Origin: Acidimicrobiia bacterium
GTDB lineage: Bacteria > Actinomycetota > Acidimicrobiia > Spongiisociales > ZC4RG35
Direction: 5' to 3'
Length of the DNA stretch: 64,000 nucleotides
Assembly (NCBI GenBank): GCA_965209025.1
Contig: OZ242375.1
Coordinates: 2,056,910 to 2,120,909 of the forward strand
A program made the translations under genes and the position numbers. The stretch's first letter is position 1, and every line of letters begins with the position of its first letter. Shown piece by piece: positions 47,995 through 58,748 of this stretch. The notes below the pieces were generated by a model. That model worked only from the letters and a program-made list of their open reading frames with translations, was not told the origin of the DNA and did no database searches.

Positions 47995-49662
47995 TCAACC
48001 GGGGGACGACCATAACCGGGTGTCGGGCCGGAATTGGCTCCAGGCGAACCAGAAGGCCTGGTGGGAGGGGATCTCGGTTCCGTCGGAGACCGAGACGGCC
48101 CGGAGCCCGTCGCCGTCCTTGATCAACCGCACACCCTCTGCGTTCACCTCTCCTCCGGAGTCGATCACCGCCAGGGCGGCTTCTCGGGAGAAGGCGATGG
48201 TCCTTCCATCCTCCAACTCCACCCCCACCACCAGGTCCTGAACGCCGAGGCGGGTGTCAACGTCCCCCACCGGGAAGATCGGACCCTGGTCGTCCCTGCC
48301 CCTCAGGGGGTCGAACGGATAGGGCCGTCCGAGTCCGCCGTCCTCTGCCAGGATGGTCGTGTCTGGGTGGGCTTCCTTCCAGGCGCCCCATGTGGATGAC
48401 ACCACTGTGGCCTGTTCCAGCCGTATGCCGGCTTCCCGCAGCGGGCCCGACACGGCTTCACCGGTGAAGGTGTCGAACACCGACGAGGTGTTGAGGTCGT
48501 ACATGACCTTGTTCGATCTGCTCAGGAGCCCCGAGGTGCGCAGCACCGGGACCTCGATCCCCTCGGGGACCCCGTCGGTGAAATAGGCCTGCGCCGAGCC
48601 GCAGAGAGTGCAATAGGGCATCCCGATCCGCCGTCCCCCCAGGGTGTCATTGACCATTTCGTGGATCTCCATCTGGTGCTTGGGATAGGCGCGGGACTCC
48701 CCGTTGATGGTCACGCCGAAGACCACCCGGTCGTCGGGGTACCAGTCTCCTTCGGAGGCGGGGGTGACCACGGGGTCATCCAGGGAGGGGATGCACCCCC
48801 GGGGGCAGGGGAGGGTGGAGCCGAGGGCCCGGTCGTCGATGAAGACACCTCCCCAACTCACCCACCGCCAGTCGATCGTCGCGTCCGGGTCGTTGAAGAA
48901 GGGCTCCCAGCCTGGTTCCACGAGCACGAAGATGCGCTTCTTGAATTTCGGGTAATCCGGGAAAGCGGGGAGATCCCAGGCGATGAGAAGGTTGGTGGCC
49001 CGTTTCCACAGGTCGATGGGGTCACCGGCTATCCCTTCGGCTCCCAGCATCTCCTGGAGTCGGGCCCCTATCACTTCGATGAGTTCGAGGCTGTTGGCGA
49101 AGCGCAGTATGTCGGTGAGGACCCAAGCGACCCGTATGTCGTCGTGGTTGGTGAAAGACAGCAACTCCATGTGGGCGAATCTGCGTTCGGATTCCAGAAT
49201 CTCGAAGAAGGCATTGAGGTCATGCCGAAGTTGAGCCGAGATCCCGCCCTCGGGGAACTCGGGTGGATGTGGGAAGGTGTACCCCTCGCTCGAAACCAGA
49301 GAGGCGGTATACCCTTCCTCCTCCACGGTCGTGTAGTCTGTGGATTCCGCCGACGAGGAAGTGGTGACGGCCGAGGTGGTGGGGGTTGTTTCGGCGGGGG
49401 AGGCCGCCGTGGATGTGGTTTCGGCGGCAGGCTCGCTCGCGGAGGTGGTTGCGGCCGGGGATGTGGTTGCCGTTTCGGCAGGTTGCTCGGGGGGTTCAGG
49501 TGTGGTGCCCCCACCGCATGAAGCCAGGATCAAGCCGAGCGCAACGATTAGGCGGCCGATGTCTGCTCCAAGGTGGCTTACCGCGATGCTCCAAGGGATT
49601 GCCGGTGCAGGTGTCCATGTTTCGGCACGTCGGCCTGCTCCTGACCCTCGCGAAATCGCCAC
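47995..49662 (-). CDS. Lipoprotein with Thr/Ala-rich linker and large conserved C-terminal domain (possibly DUF3179-like)
   Basis: Lipobox LILASCGGG, a (T/A/S)-rich low-complexity region, and Cys-containing segments (LPCPRGCIPSLDDP, MPYCTLCGSA). Confidence 0.55.
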   Translation of the reverse strand: MAISRGSGAGRRAETWTPAPAIPWSIAVSHLGADIGRLIVALGLILASCGGGTTPEPPEQPAETATTSPAATTSASEPAAETTSTAASPAETTPTTSAVTTSSSAESTDYTTVEEEGYTASLVSSEGYTFPHPPEFPEGGISAQLRHDLNAFFEILESERRFAHMELLSFTNHDDIRVAWVLTDILRFANSLELIEVIGARLQEMLGAEGIAGDPIDLWKRATNLLIAWDLPAFPDYPKFKKRIFVLVEPGWEPFFNDPDATIDWRWVSWGGVFIDDRALGSTLPCPRGCIPSLDDPVVTPASEGDWYPDDRVVFGVTINGESRAYPKHQMEIHEMVNDTLGGRRIGMPYCTLCGSAQAYFTDGVPEGIEVPVLRTSGLLSRSNKVMYDLNTSSVFDTFTGEAVSGPLREAGIRLEQATVVSSTWGAWKEAHPDTTILAEDGGLGRPYPFDPLRGRDDQGPIFPVGDVDTRLGVQDLVVGVELEDGRTIAFSREAALAVIDSGGEVNAEGVRLIKDGDGLRAVSVSDGTEIPSHQAFWFAWSQFRPDTRLWSSPG

Positions 49663-49865
49663 GGATCATGATACCCCTATCCCTACGCCTGTGTCGATCG
49701 ATATAGAACGCGATATGGTTTTGGTTTGGGGGTGTCGTGGCCGCCAAGGCGGCCGTAAGTGCCTAGGAGAGGGGGTGAGACTGTCACTGGGCGTCTCCAT
49801 CCTTGACGAGAAACAAGGTTGCCGGTTGGTAGCCTTGTGGGTGGCTAGGGGTTGCGGAGTCTCAG

Positions 49866-51023
49866 ATGCAAATCGACATCGGCATAGGCAAGAGTGCCCG
49901 GCGGGTATACGGGCTCGATGAGATCGCCATCGTCCCCACGCGCCGCACGCGGGATCCCGATGACGTGGATCTTGGTTGGCAACTGGACGCCTACCGTTTC
50001 TCGGCCCCCGTGATGGGAGCGCCGATGGATTCCACCATGAGCCCCGCCACGGTCATCGAAGTGGGCAGGCTGGGCGGTTTGGGGGTCTTGAACCTGCAGG
50101 GACTGTGGACTCGCTACCAGGATCCGGACCCCATCTACACCGAGATCATCTCGACTCCATCCGATCGCGCCACCGCGGTCCTGCAGGAGGTGTACCGCGA
50201 GCCGATCAAGAAGGACTTGGTGGGGGAGCGCATCCAGCAAATCCGGGATGCCGGCTTCATCTCGGCGGCCAGCCTAACGCCGCAGAACACGCTGCAGTAC
50301 GCCCCCACGGCAGTGGAAGCGGGGCTGGACCTGCTGGTGATACAGGGAACGGTTGTGTCGGCCGAACACGTCTCGACCCGCACCGAGCCCTTGAACCTCA
50401 AGGAGTTCATCGCCGAGTCACCGGTGCCGGTGGTGGTCGGAGGTTGCTCTTCGTACTCGATGGCCAGTCATCTGATGCGCACCGGCGCGGTGGGGATATT
50501 GGTGGGAGTGGGCCCGGGAGCGGCCAGCGCAACCCGAGGGTCCCTTGGGGTTGGCGTATCCCAGGCCACGGCCATAGCCGACGCGGCCGGAGCCCGGGTC
50601 CAGTACCTTCTGGAGACCGGAAGATACGTGCATGTCATCGCCGACGGGGGGATGCGGACCGGTGGGGAGATCGCCAAGGCGATCGCCTGCGGAGCGGACG
50701 CGGTGATGCTGGGCTCACCACTGGCGGCGGCCCGGGAAGCCCCCGGGTCCGGCTTCCATTGGGGGATGTCGTCCTTTCACCCATCTCTGCCACGCGGATC
50801 GAGGATCAAAGTCCCCACCCGTGGAGCACTGGCGGAGATCATGCTCGGTCCCGCGGTGGAGAGCGACGGCCGGACCAACCTGTTGGGCGCTCTCCGTAGG
50901 TCCATGTCCACCACCGGCTACTCGAACATCTCCGAATTTCAGAAGGCGGAGGTGGTGATCGCCCCAACCTTCCTGACCGAGGGCAAGGGGTCGCTGCGGT
51001 CGGAGCAGTTGGAGACGGGTTGA
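49866..51023 (+). CDS. IMP dehydrogenase-family protein lacking CBS pair (GuaB3-like)
   Basis: IMPDH TIM-barrel motifs ([15 protein letters not shown] ... [13 protein letters not shown]). There is no CBS insert. It is 4-nt coupled to guaA. Confidence 0.8.
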   Translation: MQIDIGIGKSARRVYGLDEIAIVPTRRTRDPDDVDLGWQLDAYRFSAPVMGAPMDSTMSPATVIEVGRLGGLGVLNLQGLWTRYQDPDPIYTEIISTPSDRATAVLQEVYREPIKKDLVGERIQQIRDAGFISAASLTPQNTLQYAPTAVEAGLDLLVIQGTVVSAEHVSTRTEPLNLKEFIAESPVPVVVGGCSSYSMASHLMRTGAVGILVGVGPGAASATRGSLGVGVSQATAIADAAGARVQYLLETGRYVHVIADGGMRTGGEIAKAIACGADAVMLGSPLAAAREAPGSGFHWGMSSFHPSLPRGSRIKVPTRGALAEIMLGPAVESDGRTNLLGALRRSMSTTGYSNISEFQKAEVVIAPTFLTEGKGSLRSEQLETG

Positions 51024-52558
51024 CCGCTTCCACCGACAATGTACTGGTCGTGGATCTGGGGGCGCAGTACGCCCGTCTGATCGCCCGCCGCATCAGGGAG
51101 GCGCGGGTCCACTCGGAGATCGTGCCCGCCCGGATCACCGCGGCCGAGGCGAGGGAGCGTTCCCCGTCCGGAATCGTGCTCTCGGGGGGGCCGGCGTCCG
51201 TCTATTCGCCGGATGCGGTCTCCATCGACCCGGGGTTGCTGGAGTTGGGAGTTCCGGTGATGGGGATCTGCTACGGGCACCAACTCATCGCCGAATTGCT
51301 GGGAGGGAGGGTTGCCGCCACCGGCGGAGGCGAGTTCGGGAAGACGACCATGAAGTTGGAGGGCTCGTCACTTCTGCTTGAGGACTTTCCGGAAGTCTCC
51401 GAGGTGTGGATGAGCCATCGCGATGCCGTGGAGGAGGCGCCGGGCGGCTTCTCCGTCACCGCCCGGACTCCCGGCGCCTCGGTGGCGGCGATGGAGGACC
51501 GCGACCGGAGCTTCTACGGGGTGCAGTTCCATCCTGAGGTAACTCATACCCCGAGGGGAATCGAGGTTTTGAAGAGGTTCCTCTATGACGCCTGCGGAGT
51601 GCAGGCTTCTTGGACGGCGCAGTCGATCATCGATAGGCAAGTCCGGAACGTTCGCCGTCAGATCGGAGAGTCCCGGGCAGTGTGCGGGCTGTCGGGGGGA
51701 GTGGACTCTGCGGTGGCGGCGGCCCTCGTGCACCGGGCAATCGGAGATCGTCTCACCTGTGTGTTCGTGGATCATGGACTGCTCCGCCAGGACGAGGCCG
51801 AACAGGTGGAGGAGGTGTTCGGCGACAACTTCTCCACAAACCTGATCCATGTCAAAGCGCAGGAGCGCTTTCTGACCGCCCTTTCAGGGGTGACCGACCC
51901 CGAGGCCAAGCGCAAGATCATCGGAGAGACCTTCATCAAGGTGTTCGAGGAGGTCTCCGACCGCCTCTCCGGGTGTAGTTATCTGGTGCAGGGAACGCTC
52001 TATCCCGATGTGATCGAGTCGGGGGGCGGGGACGCAGCGGTGATCAAGAGCCACCACAACGTGGGCGGCCTTCCCGAGCACATGAGGCTGGAGTTGGTGG
52101 AACCGCTTCGTGACCTGTTCAAAGACGAGGTTCGCGCGGTGGGAGAGCAGTTGGGCCTGCCGGAGGAGATAGTCTGGCGCCACCCCTTTCCGGGCCCTGG
52201 TCTGGCGATTCGCATAATCGGAGAGGTCACCACCGAGCGCCTCGACCTGTTGCGCCGTGCCGACGCGATCGTAATAGACGAGATCAGAAAAGCGGGTCTG
52301 TACCGCGGCCTGTGGCAGGTGTTCGGGGTCCTGCCCGCCATACGGTCGGTGGGAGTCCAGGGGGATGGGCGCACCTACGCCTATCCGCTCGTGGTGCGGG
52401 CGGTGGAAAGCGACGAGGCTATGACGGCCGATTGGGCACGGCTTCCCTATCCGGTGCTCTCCAACATCTCCCGGCGGGTGATCGGCGAGGTGGAGGGGAT
52501 CAATCGGGTGCTATACGATGTCTCCTCCAAGCCTCCGGCCACGATCGAGTGGGAGTGA
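51020..52558 (+). CDS. guaA: GMP synthase (glutamine-hydrolysing)
   Basis: A GATase domain (GICYGHQL, with the catalytic Cys in context) and an ATP-PPase P-loop ([10 protein letters not shown]). Confidence 0.9.
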   Translation: MTASTDNVLVVDLGAQYARLIARRIREARVHSEIVPARITAAEARERSPSGIVLSGGPASVYSPDAVSIDPGLLELGVPVMGICYGHQLIAELLGGRVAATGGGEFGKTTMKLEGSSLLLEDFPEVSEVWMSHRDAVEEAPGGFSVTARTPGASVAAMEDRDRSFYGVQFHPEVTHTPRGIEVLKRFLYDACGVQASWTAQSIIDRQVRNVRRQIGESRAVCGLSGGVDSAVAAALVHRAIGDRLTCVFVDHGLLRQDEAEQVEEVFGDNFSTNLIHVKAQERFLTALSGVTDPEAKRKIIGETFIKVFEEVSDRLSGCSYLVQGTLYPDVIESGGGDAAVIKSHHNVGGLPEHMRLELVEPLRDLFKDEVRAVGEQLGLPEEIVWRHPFPGPGLAIRIIGEVTTERLDLLRRADAIVIDEIRKAGLYRGLWQVFGVLPAIRSVGVQGDGRTYAYPLVVRAVESDEAMTADWARLPYPVLSNISRRVIGEVEGINRVLYDVSSKPPATIEWE

Positions 52559-52559
52559 G

Positions 52560-54800
52560 ATGATCGGTTCCCATCCGCTCTTGGACGACTTGAATCTCGA
52601 GCAAAAGGCCGCGGTGACCATCGCGGGGGGTCCGGTGATGGTGGTGGCGGGAGCCGGATCGGGTAAGACCCGGGTGCTGACTCATCGGATAGCCTATCTG
52701 ATCAGGGAGATGGGAGTCAGGCCCGGCTCCATCCTGGCCATCACCTTCACCAACAAGGCCGCCCGCGAGATGCGAGAGAGGGTTGGAGGACTCCTGGGGG
52801 CGACGGTGAACGAAATGTGGGTTTCCACTTTTCACTCGGCCTGCGCCCGCATCCTGCGTCGCGAGGGGCATGCCTTCGGTTACCGGTCGAACTTCTCCAT
52901 TTACGACCGTTCCGACTCCGTGCGTCTCGTTAGACACTGCCTCAATGACTTGGGCTTGGACGCCAGCCGATTGTCCCCCCGGGGACTCCTGAACAAGATC
53001 AGCGAGGCCAAGAACGGTCTGGTGGACTATGAGACATTCCTGGACCGGACAGACGGTCCCGTCGAGGTGGCGGAGGTCTACAGGCTCTACCAGCAGCGCC
53101 TTCTCCAGATGTCGGCCATGGACTTCGACGACCTGCTCATGGTGGCCGTGGAATTGTTCGGCGCGGTTCCCGAGGTGCTGGAGAAGTACCAGGGCATCTT
53201 CGGTCACGTGCTGGTTGACGAATACCAGGACACCAACCAAGCCCAGTATCTGCTGGTCCGGGATTTGGCGAAATGTCACAGGAGCTTGTTCGTGGTGGGG
53301 GACAGCGATCAGTCCATCTATGCCTTTCGAGGGGCCGACTATCGGAACTTCGATCGTTTCGATGAGGACTTTCCCGAAGCCCGCCGGGTGATACTCAATC
53401 GCAACTACCGGTCGACCTCCACCATCCTTGACGCCGCCAACGAGGTGATCAGCGCCAATCTGCGCTCCGACCCCAAGGACCTGTGGTGTGATCAGCATGA
53501 TGGGGAACAGATCATCGTCCACCAGGGGGCGGGGGCGGTCCGGGAGTCTCGATTCGTGTCCAACCGGGTCCGGGAACTGCTGGCAGAGGGCTACAACCCC
53601 GCAGACATGGCGGTGTTTTACCGGACCAACGCCCAGTCACGCGCCTTCGAAGAGGCGCTGCGGCGGTCCAAGGTTCCATATCAGGTGGTGGGAGCGGTGG
53701 CGTTCTACCAACGCCGGGAGGTGAAGGATGTGGTGGCCTACCTGCAGGTGGTGGCCAACCCCGACGACGGGGTGGCGCTGCGGAGAATCATCAACACTCC
53801 TCGGAGGGGAATCGGGCGAACCTCACTGGGTCACCTGGAGCGTTTTGTCTCATCGGAGGAGGTGAGCTTGCGGGAGGGCTTGGAGCGGGCCGATGAGATT
53901 CCCGGGATCTCGACCCGGGCGCGTAAGGGAGTGCAACAACTGGCGGATGTGTTGGCCGCCATCAGGAGACATCTTGAGTCCGACGGGGTGGGGCGGGCCA
54001 CGGAAAGCGCCATATTCGATACGGGACTGGCGGAGATGGCGACTGCCGAGGGGGGCATAGAAGCGGAGAGCCGCTCCGACAACCTGGCTGAACTCTCCCG
54101 GGTGGCGTACGAGTTCGAGTCCAACCTCGAGGAGGATCTGGCGCCGTTGGAGCAACTCGGTCGATTTCTGGAGGGAGCCTCGCTGGTGTCGGATCCCGAC
54201 AATCTCGACGAGGGCGCCGGGGCGGTGGCGTTGATGACGGTCCACAGCGCCAAGGGACTGGAGTTCCCGGCGGTGTTCGTGGTGGGCATGCAGGACGGGC
54301 TGTTCCCCCACGAGCGCAGCATCTCCGATCCGGACCAACTGGAAGAAGAGCGGCGCCTCTTCTACGTGGCGATTACCCGCTCCATGGAGAGGCTCCACCT
54401 CAGTTGGGACGACACCCGAATGGTGGGGGGGTATCCGTATCCCCAGGTCCCCAGCCGGTTCTTGCGGGAGATACCCGAGCGCTTGGTGGTTCATGTCGGG
54501 GGCCCCGATTCCTCCCGCTCCGGAAAGTGGGCGAGGAGAGGATCCCCCGTGGGCAAATCTCACTCTCTGGCCGGAGGGCGTTCGTTCCGGCGGATCGTAA
54601 GTCAGTCGGGGGTCGAAGTAGGAGATCGGGTTCGCCACGCGACCCTGGGCGTCGGCAGGGTGCTGACCATCTCCGGACAGGGCGCCCGAGCCTCGGCCAC
54701 CATCTTCTTCCCGGATCTGAAGGCCCAGCGGGAACTGATGCTCTCCGCGGTGGAGAAGATGGACGGATTCGGACCGGGGGCGGCCTCTCGTCTCGGTTGA
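52560..54800 (+). CDS. pcrA: ATP-dependent DNA helicase PcrA/UvrD family
   Basis: Helicase motifs I (AGAGSGKTRVLTHRIA), II (VLVDEYQDTN) and later motifs (VHSAKGLEFPAVFVVG). Confidence 0.85.
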   Translation: MIGSHPLLDDLNLEQKAAVTIAGGPVMVVAGAGSGKTRVLTHRIAYLIREMGVRPGSILAITFTNKAAREMRERVGGLLGATVNEMWVSTFHSACARILRREGHAFGYRSNFSIYDRSDSVRLVRHCLNDLGLDASRLSPRGLLNKISEAKNGLVDYETFLDRTDGPVEVAEVYRLYQQRLLQMSAMDFDDLLMVAVELFGAVPEVLEKYQGIFGHVLVDEYQDTNQAQYLLVRDLAKCHRSLFVVGDSDQSIYAFRGADYRNFDRFDEDFPEARRVILNRNYRSTSTILDAANEVISANLRSDPKDLWCDQHDGEQIIVHQGAGAVRESRFVSNRVRELLAEGYNPADMAVFYRTNAQSRAFEEALRRSKVPYQVVGAVAFYQRREVKDVVAYLQVVANPDDGVALRRIINTPRRGIGRTSLGHLERFVSSEEVSLREGLERADEIPGISTRARKGVQQLADVLAAIRRHLESDGVGRATESAIFDTGLAEMATAEGGIEAESRSDNLAELSRVAYEFESNLEEDLAPLEQLGRFLEGASLVSDPDNLDEGAGAVALMTVHSAKGLEFPAVFVVGMQDGLFPHERSISDPDQLEEERRLFYVAITRSMERLHLSWDDTRMVGGYPYPQVPSRFLREIPERLVVHVGGPDSSRSGKWARRGSPVGKSHSLAGGRSFRRIVSQSGVEVGDRVRHATLGVGRVLTISGQGARASATIFFPDLKAQRELMLSAVEKMDGFGPGAASRLG

Positions 54801-55005
54801 GACAAGGGCGGTTGTCGGAACCGGAACCAGCAGGACTCGGCTCACCGAATGAGATCTCACCACAGCGGTCGCAAACTGCCTCAACCTGCCATCGGGAGGA
54901 CGCTGCGGCCTTGCATGCTCAACACCCTCATTGCACGGTAGATCCCTGCTCGCAAGTACTATGTGCGGAAGGCTCTCGACCCCGGGATACAGATAGGCCG
55001 CGCAG

Positions 55006-57105
55006 ATGCCGGTACAGCCTCACACCATGCAAAACGTGTTACTTTTGCCCAGACTCGCAAGAGTCGGTTTGGCGTGCCTGGCGGCCGTTGTCCTGTTCTC
55101 GGCGTGCGGCGCGGAGGAGGAACCCACAACCGAGCCTTCTCCCAGCACGACCTCGTCTTCGACCACGAGTTCTACGGCGCCCACGACCACCACGGTTGCC
55201 CGGACCACCACCACCGGTGCTCCCACGACCACCACCGTTGCGCCGACGGAGGCTTCGGAGGAGGTCGCCGGGTTCGACATCGGCGCCGAGACGACCTGGC
55301 GAGATCTGTTCAACACTCTGACGCCCTCCGAGCAATCTTGTATACGCGACGCAGTTGGAGACGAATTGGAATGGGTGTTGCAGCAGGTGGTCCTGACCGA
55401 GGATGAAAACAGGCTATGGGACGCACCGATTTACCCATGCCTCCCCACACCGGTCGTAGAGGCGGTGTTCCTGGCCGGCGTTGTTTACGGAATGGAACTG
55501 GAAGGCTTGGAGGTGGGCGAAGAACAAGAGGCCTGTCTGCAGGAGGTCATTGCCGAGATGGACGGCGCCACCCTGCTGTTGGCCATCGCTTCGCAGGTTG
55601 AAGGCCCTGATGAATCCGCCCAGATGGAGAACGCCGCCCAGTTGCTGGAATTGATGGCCGGCTTCTTGAGATGCCTGCCGGGTTTGGCCATGGGGGAGGG
55701 AGAAGGCGCGTTCGCGGGAGGGGATGTCTATTCCTCTGGTTGGTCCTGTCCGCTGGGAACTACTTCGGATGGGGTGGAGGGCGCGGTCCGGGTGGGCCTG
55801 GGGGAGTCGGTTGGAGGTGTCCTGGAATCGGTCGGGGAGGCGGGTGTGTTCGTATTCGGGGCGATAGAGGGCGAGTTGTATGAGATTGAGGTGGAGTTGG
55901 GTTCTCTCTCCGACTCGATCTTGGCTGTATGCGATGCAGAAGGCTTTGAGTTGGCGTGGAACGATGACCGGGGCGATGGTTCGTTTGGATCGCGTCTGGT
56001 GTGGAGGGCGCCGGTTAGCGGGGACTTCTACATCGGCGTTGCGGGCTACGGTGAGGGTTCCTACACCCTGGCGTTGGTGGTGTCCGATATCGTGGACGAC
56101 TACTCGGACCTCATTGACGGCGCGGCCGCGTCGGGGTTGGGGGAGTCGGTTGAGGGGGTGTTGGAGTACGCCGATGATGTTGATGTGTTCGTGTTCGGGG
56201 CGGTGGAGGACGTGTTGTATGAGGTGGAGGTGGAGTTGGGTTCTTTGTCCGATTCGCGGGTCACGGTTTATGACGCCGATGGGGTGTGGTTGGGTTCCAA
56301 CGATGACCGGGGGGATGGTTCCTATGGATCGCGTCTGGTGTGGAGGGCTCCAGCAAGTGGCGATTACTTTGTGGAGGTGTCGGGTTATGGTGAGGGTTCC
56401 TACACCCTGGCGGTGGCGGTGTCCGACATCGTGGACGATCATCCGAACCTGCCTGAAGGCGCCGCGGCGTTCGGGTTGGGGGAGTCGGTTGAGGGGGTGT
56501 TGGAGTACGCCGATGATGTTGATGTGTTCGTGTTCGGGGCGGTGGAGGACGTGTTGTATGAGGTGGAGGTGGAGTTGGGTTCTTTGTCCGATTCGCGGGT
56601 CACGGTTTATGACGCCGATGGGGTGTGGTTGGGTTCCAACGATGACCGGGGGGATGGTTCCTATGGATCGCGTCTGGTGTGGAGGGCTCCAGCAAGTGGC
56701 GATTACTTTGTGGAGGTGTCGGGTTTCGGTGAGGGTTCCTACACCGTGGCAGTGGCGCTGTCCGACATCGTGGACGATCATCCGAACAAGTCTGAAGGCG
56801 CCACGGCAGTGGAGGTGGGGAGGTCGGTTGAGGGGGTGCTGGAGTACGCCGATGATGTTGATGTGTTCGTGTTCGGGGCGGTGGAGGACGTGTTGTATGA
56901 GATAGAGGTGACCTTGGGCACCCTCTCCGACTCGATCGTGGCGGTTTACGACTCCGGTGGATTCGAATTGGAATGGAATGATGACCAGGAGGGTTCCCTG
57001 GCGTCTCGTGTCGAGTGGAGGGCGCCGCTGACGGGGGATTTCTATGTTGAGGTGTCGGGTTTCGGTGAGGGCTCCTACACCCTGGCGGTGGAGGTCTCCG
57101 AGTAA
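55006..57105 (+). CDS. Lipoprotein with Thr-rich linker, unknown N-domain and four tandem PPC (pre-peptidase C-terminal)-like domains
   Basis: Lipobox LFSAC and a (T/S)-rich linker. Four ~113-aa repeats follow the PPC-like pattern G.Y...V......D..V.VYD..G.....NDD.........W.AP.SG.Y.V.V.G.G.GSYTL.V. Confidence 0.7.
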   Translation: MPVQPHTMQNVLLLPRLARVGLACLAAVVLFSACGAEEEPTTEPSPSTTSSSTTSSTAPTTTTVARTTTTGAPTTTTVAPTEASEEVAGFDIGAETTWRDLFNTLTPSEQSCIRDAVGDELEWVLQQVVLTEDENRLWDAPIYPCLPTPVVEAVFLAGVVYGMELEGLEVGEEQEACLQEVIAEMDGATLLLAIASQVEGPDESAQMENAAQLLELMAGFLRCLPGLAMGEGEGAFAGGDVYSSGWSCPLGTTSDGVEGAVRVGLGESVGGVLESVGEAGVFVFGAIEGELYEIEVELGSLSDSILAVCDAEGFELAWNDDRGDGSFGSRLVWRAPVSGDFYIGVAGYGEGSYTLALVVSDIVDDYSDLIDGAAASGLGESVEGVLEYADDVDVFVFGAVEDVLYEVEVELGSLSDSRVTVYDADGVWLGSNDDRGDGSYGSRLVWRAPASGDYFVEVSGYGEGSYTLAVAVSDIVDDHPNLPEGAAAFGLGESVEGVLEYADDVDVFVFGAVEDVLYEVEVELGSLSDSRVTVYDADGVWLGSNDDRGDGSYGSRLVWRAPASGDYFVEVSGFGEGSYTVAVALSDIVDDHPNKSEGATAVEVGRSVEGVLEYADDVDVFVFGAVEDVLYEIEVTLGTLSDSIVAVYDSGGFELEWNDDQEGSLASRVEWRAPLTGDFYVEVSGFGEGSYTLAVEVSE
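56135..56750 (+). repeat. Tandem near-identical 339-bp DNA repeats (two full copies, partial third to ~56900) encoding PPC-like domains 2-3
   Basis: Long identical runs (e.g. ggagtcggttgagggggtgttggagtacgccgatgatgttgatgtgttcgtgttcgggg ...) occur at about 56140 and again at about 56479. Confidence 0.8.
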
Positions 57106-57158
57106 CCAACGGGGAGAGTTATCACCCAGGTGCCCACTACATGCGGGTGGGTACCGCG

Positions 57159-58271
57159 TCAGGCAAGTTGGGCGTACTTTGCCTCGATGTGGCTCTGCAA
57201 CTCTCTGAACGAGTCGGCGAACTTATCGACGCCTTCGGTCTCCAGGGTTTCCACCACGTCCTGGTAATCGATGCCGACGCTCTCCAGTTGTTCGAGGAGG
57301 TTACGGGCAAGGGCGATCTCCTCCGGACCGAAGATGCAGGGCCTGGTGGAACCATGATCGGCATAGGCTTCGATGGTGGACAGCGGCAAAGTGTTGACCG
57401 TGTGTGGGGAGACCAGGGTGTCAACGTACAGGGTGTCTGGATAAGCCGGGTTCTTGGTGGAGGTCGAGGCCCACAGCGGCCGTTGGATTCTCCCTCCCCG
57501 GGAAGCCAGCCGTTCCCACCGACTGCCGGCGAAAACCGAGAGAAAGTCCCCGTAGGCGGCCTGGGCGTTGGCGATCGCCGCCTTTCCGCGAAGAGCCAGG
57601 GCCTCGGCGCTGCCGTCGTCGTCCAGTCGGCGGTCCACCTCGGTGTCGACCCTGGACACGAAGAATGACGCCACCGACGCCACTTCCCGCAGGTTCCCTC
57701 CCACCGCGGAATAGTCCTCCAAGCCACTGAGGTAAGCGTCCATCACCTCCCGGTATCGCTGGAGCGAGAAGATCAGGGTCACGTTCACCGAGATCCCCTC
57801 TCCGGTCAGCCGGCGAATGGCCGGGATCCCCTCGGGTGTGGCGGGCACCTTCACCAGCAGGTTGGTGCGACTTACCCGCTTTACCCACTCTCGGGCTTCG
57901 GCGACGGTAGCGGAAGTGTCCGCCGCCAATTCCGGTGACACCTCCACCGAGACAAAGCCATCCGCACCGTCACTCTCTCTGTGCACGGCTCTCAGGACAT
58001 CGCAGGCTTCCACAATGTCCCTGGTAATGAGTTCCGCGTACGTCTCATCGGGATCCAAACCCTCCTTGATCAGGCGAGCCATCTTGGCGTCGTAGTCGGT
58101 GCTCTTGGTGATAGCCGCCGCAAAGATTGACGGATTGGAGGTGACCCCGGTTATGTGCTGCCGGCTGACCCTGCGCGCAAGTTCCCCGCTGTCCAGCATG
58201 GACCTGGAGATCTGATCGGCCCAGATGCTCTGTCCGGCCAACGTGAGGGCGTGAAGGGGAGAGACTGACAT
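57159..58271 (-). CDS. tal: Transaldolase (actinobacterial ~370-aa type)
   Basis: MSVSPLHALTLAGQSIWADQISRSML ... GVTSNPSIF ... VSVEVSPELA. The track ORF extends to 58766, but the start was chosen at the conserved N-terminus. Confidence 0.85.
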   Translation of the reverse strand: MSVSPLHALTLAGQSIWADQISRSMLDSGELARRVSRQHITGVTSNPSIFAAAITKSTDYDAKMARLIKEGLDPDETYAELITRDIVEACDVLRAVHRESDGADGFVSVEVSPELAADTSATVAEAREWVKRVSRTNLLVKVPATPEGIPAIRRLTGEGISVNVTLIFSLQRYREVMDAYLSGLEDYSAVGGNLREVASVASFFVSRVDTEVDRRLDDDGSAEALALRGKAAIANAQAAYGDFLSVFAGSRWERLASRGGRIQRPLWASTSTKNPAYPDTLYVDTLVSPHTVNTLPLSTIEAYADHGSTRPCIFGPEEIALARNLLEQLESVGIDYQDVVETLETEGVDKFADSFRELQSHIEAKYAQLA

Positions 58272-58274
58272 GGA

Positions 58275-58691
58275 TTGAATGCTAATGGTGGCTCTACCCT
58301 TGGGCAGATGGGAAGGCGTGTGCTGATCGCCAAGGCCGGCCTGGACGGGCACGACCGCGGAGCCAAGGTGGTGTCCCGTGCGCTGCGCGACGGAGGACAC
58401 GAGGTGATCTACACCGGGCTTCACCAGACTCCCGAACAGGTGGTGGCCGCCGCCATCCAGGAGGACGTGGACGCCATAGGCCTTTCGGTGATGTCTGGGG
58501 CGTACATGTCTATCTTCCCTCCCATTCTGGAACTCCTGTCCTCGGCAGGGGCGGGGCACATTGCAGTTTTCGGCGGTGGGGTCATCCCCGCAGAGGACGT
58601 GGCACGCCTCAAGGCAATGGGGGTGTCCCGGGTATTCACTCCCGGCTCCTCCCTGGAAGAGATAGTGGAGTGGGTCGGCTCCGAGGTGTAG
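58275..58691 (+). CDS. Stand-alone cobalamin (B12)-binding domain protein (methylmalonyl-CoA mutase C-terminal-domain-like)
   Basis: RVLIAKAGLDGHDRGAKVVSRALRDGGHEVIYTG carries the DxHxxG B12-binding signature. The likely true start is at 58308 (MGRRVLIAK). Confidence 0.75.
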   Translation: MNANGGSTLGQMGRRVLIAKAGLDGHDRGAKVVSRALRDGGHEVIYTGLHQTPEQVVAAAIQEDVDAIGLSVMSGAYMSIFPPILELLSSAGAGHIAVFGGGVIPAEDVARLKAMGVSRVFTPGSSLEEIVEWVGSEV

Positions 58692-58748
58692 CCAACCGCG
58701 GTCGGTGGGGTAAGGAGGCGCCCCGGCGAGGGGTACCATAGATGGGCT

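Noticed and set aside
57131-57155. Imperfect inverted repeat GGTGCCCAC-N7-GGGTGGGTACC between the convergent lipoprotein and tal genes as a bidirectional terminator
   Set aside because: The stem has a mismatch and no flanking T/A tract on either side. It is too weak to call.
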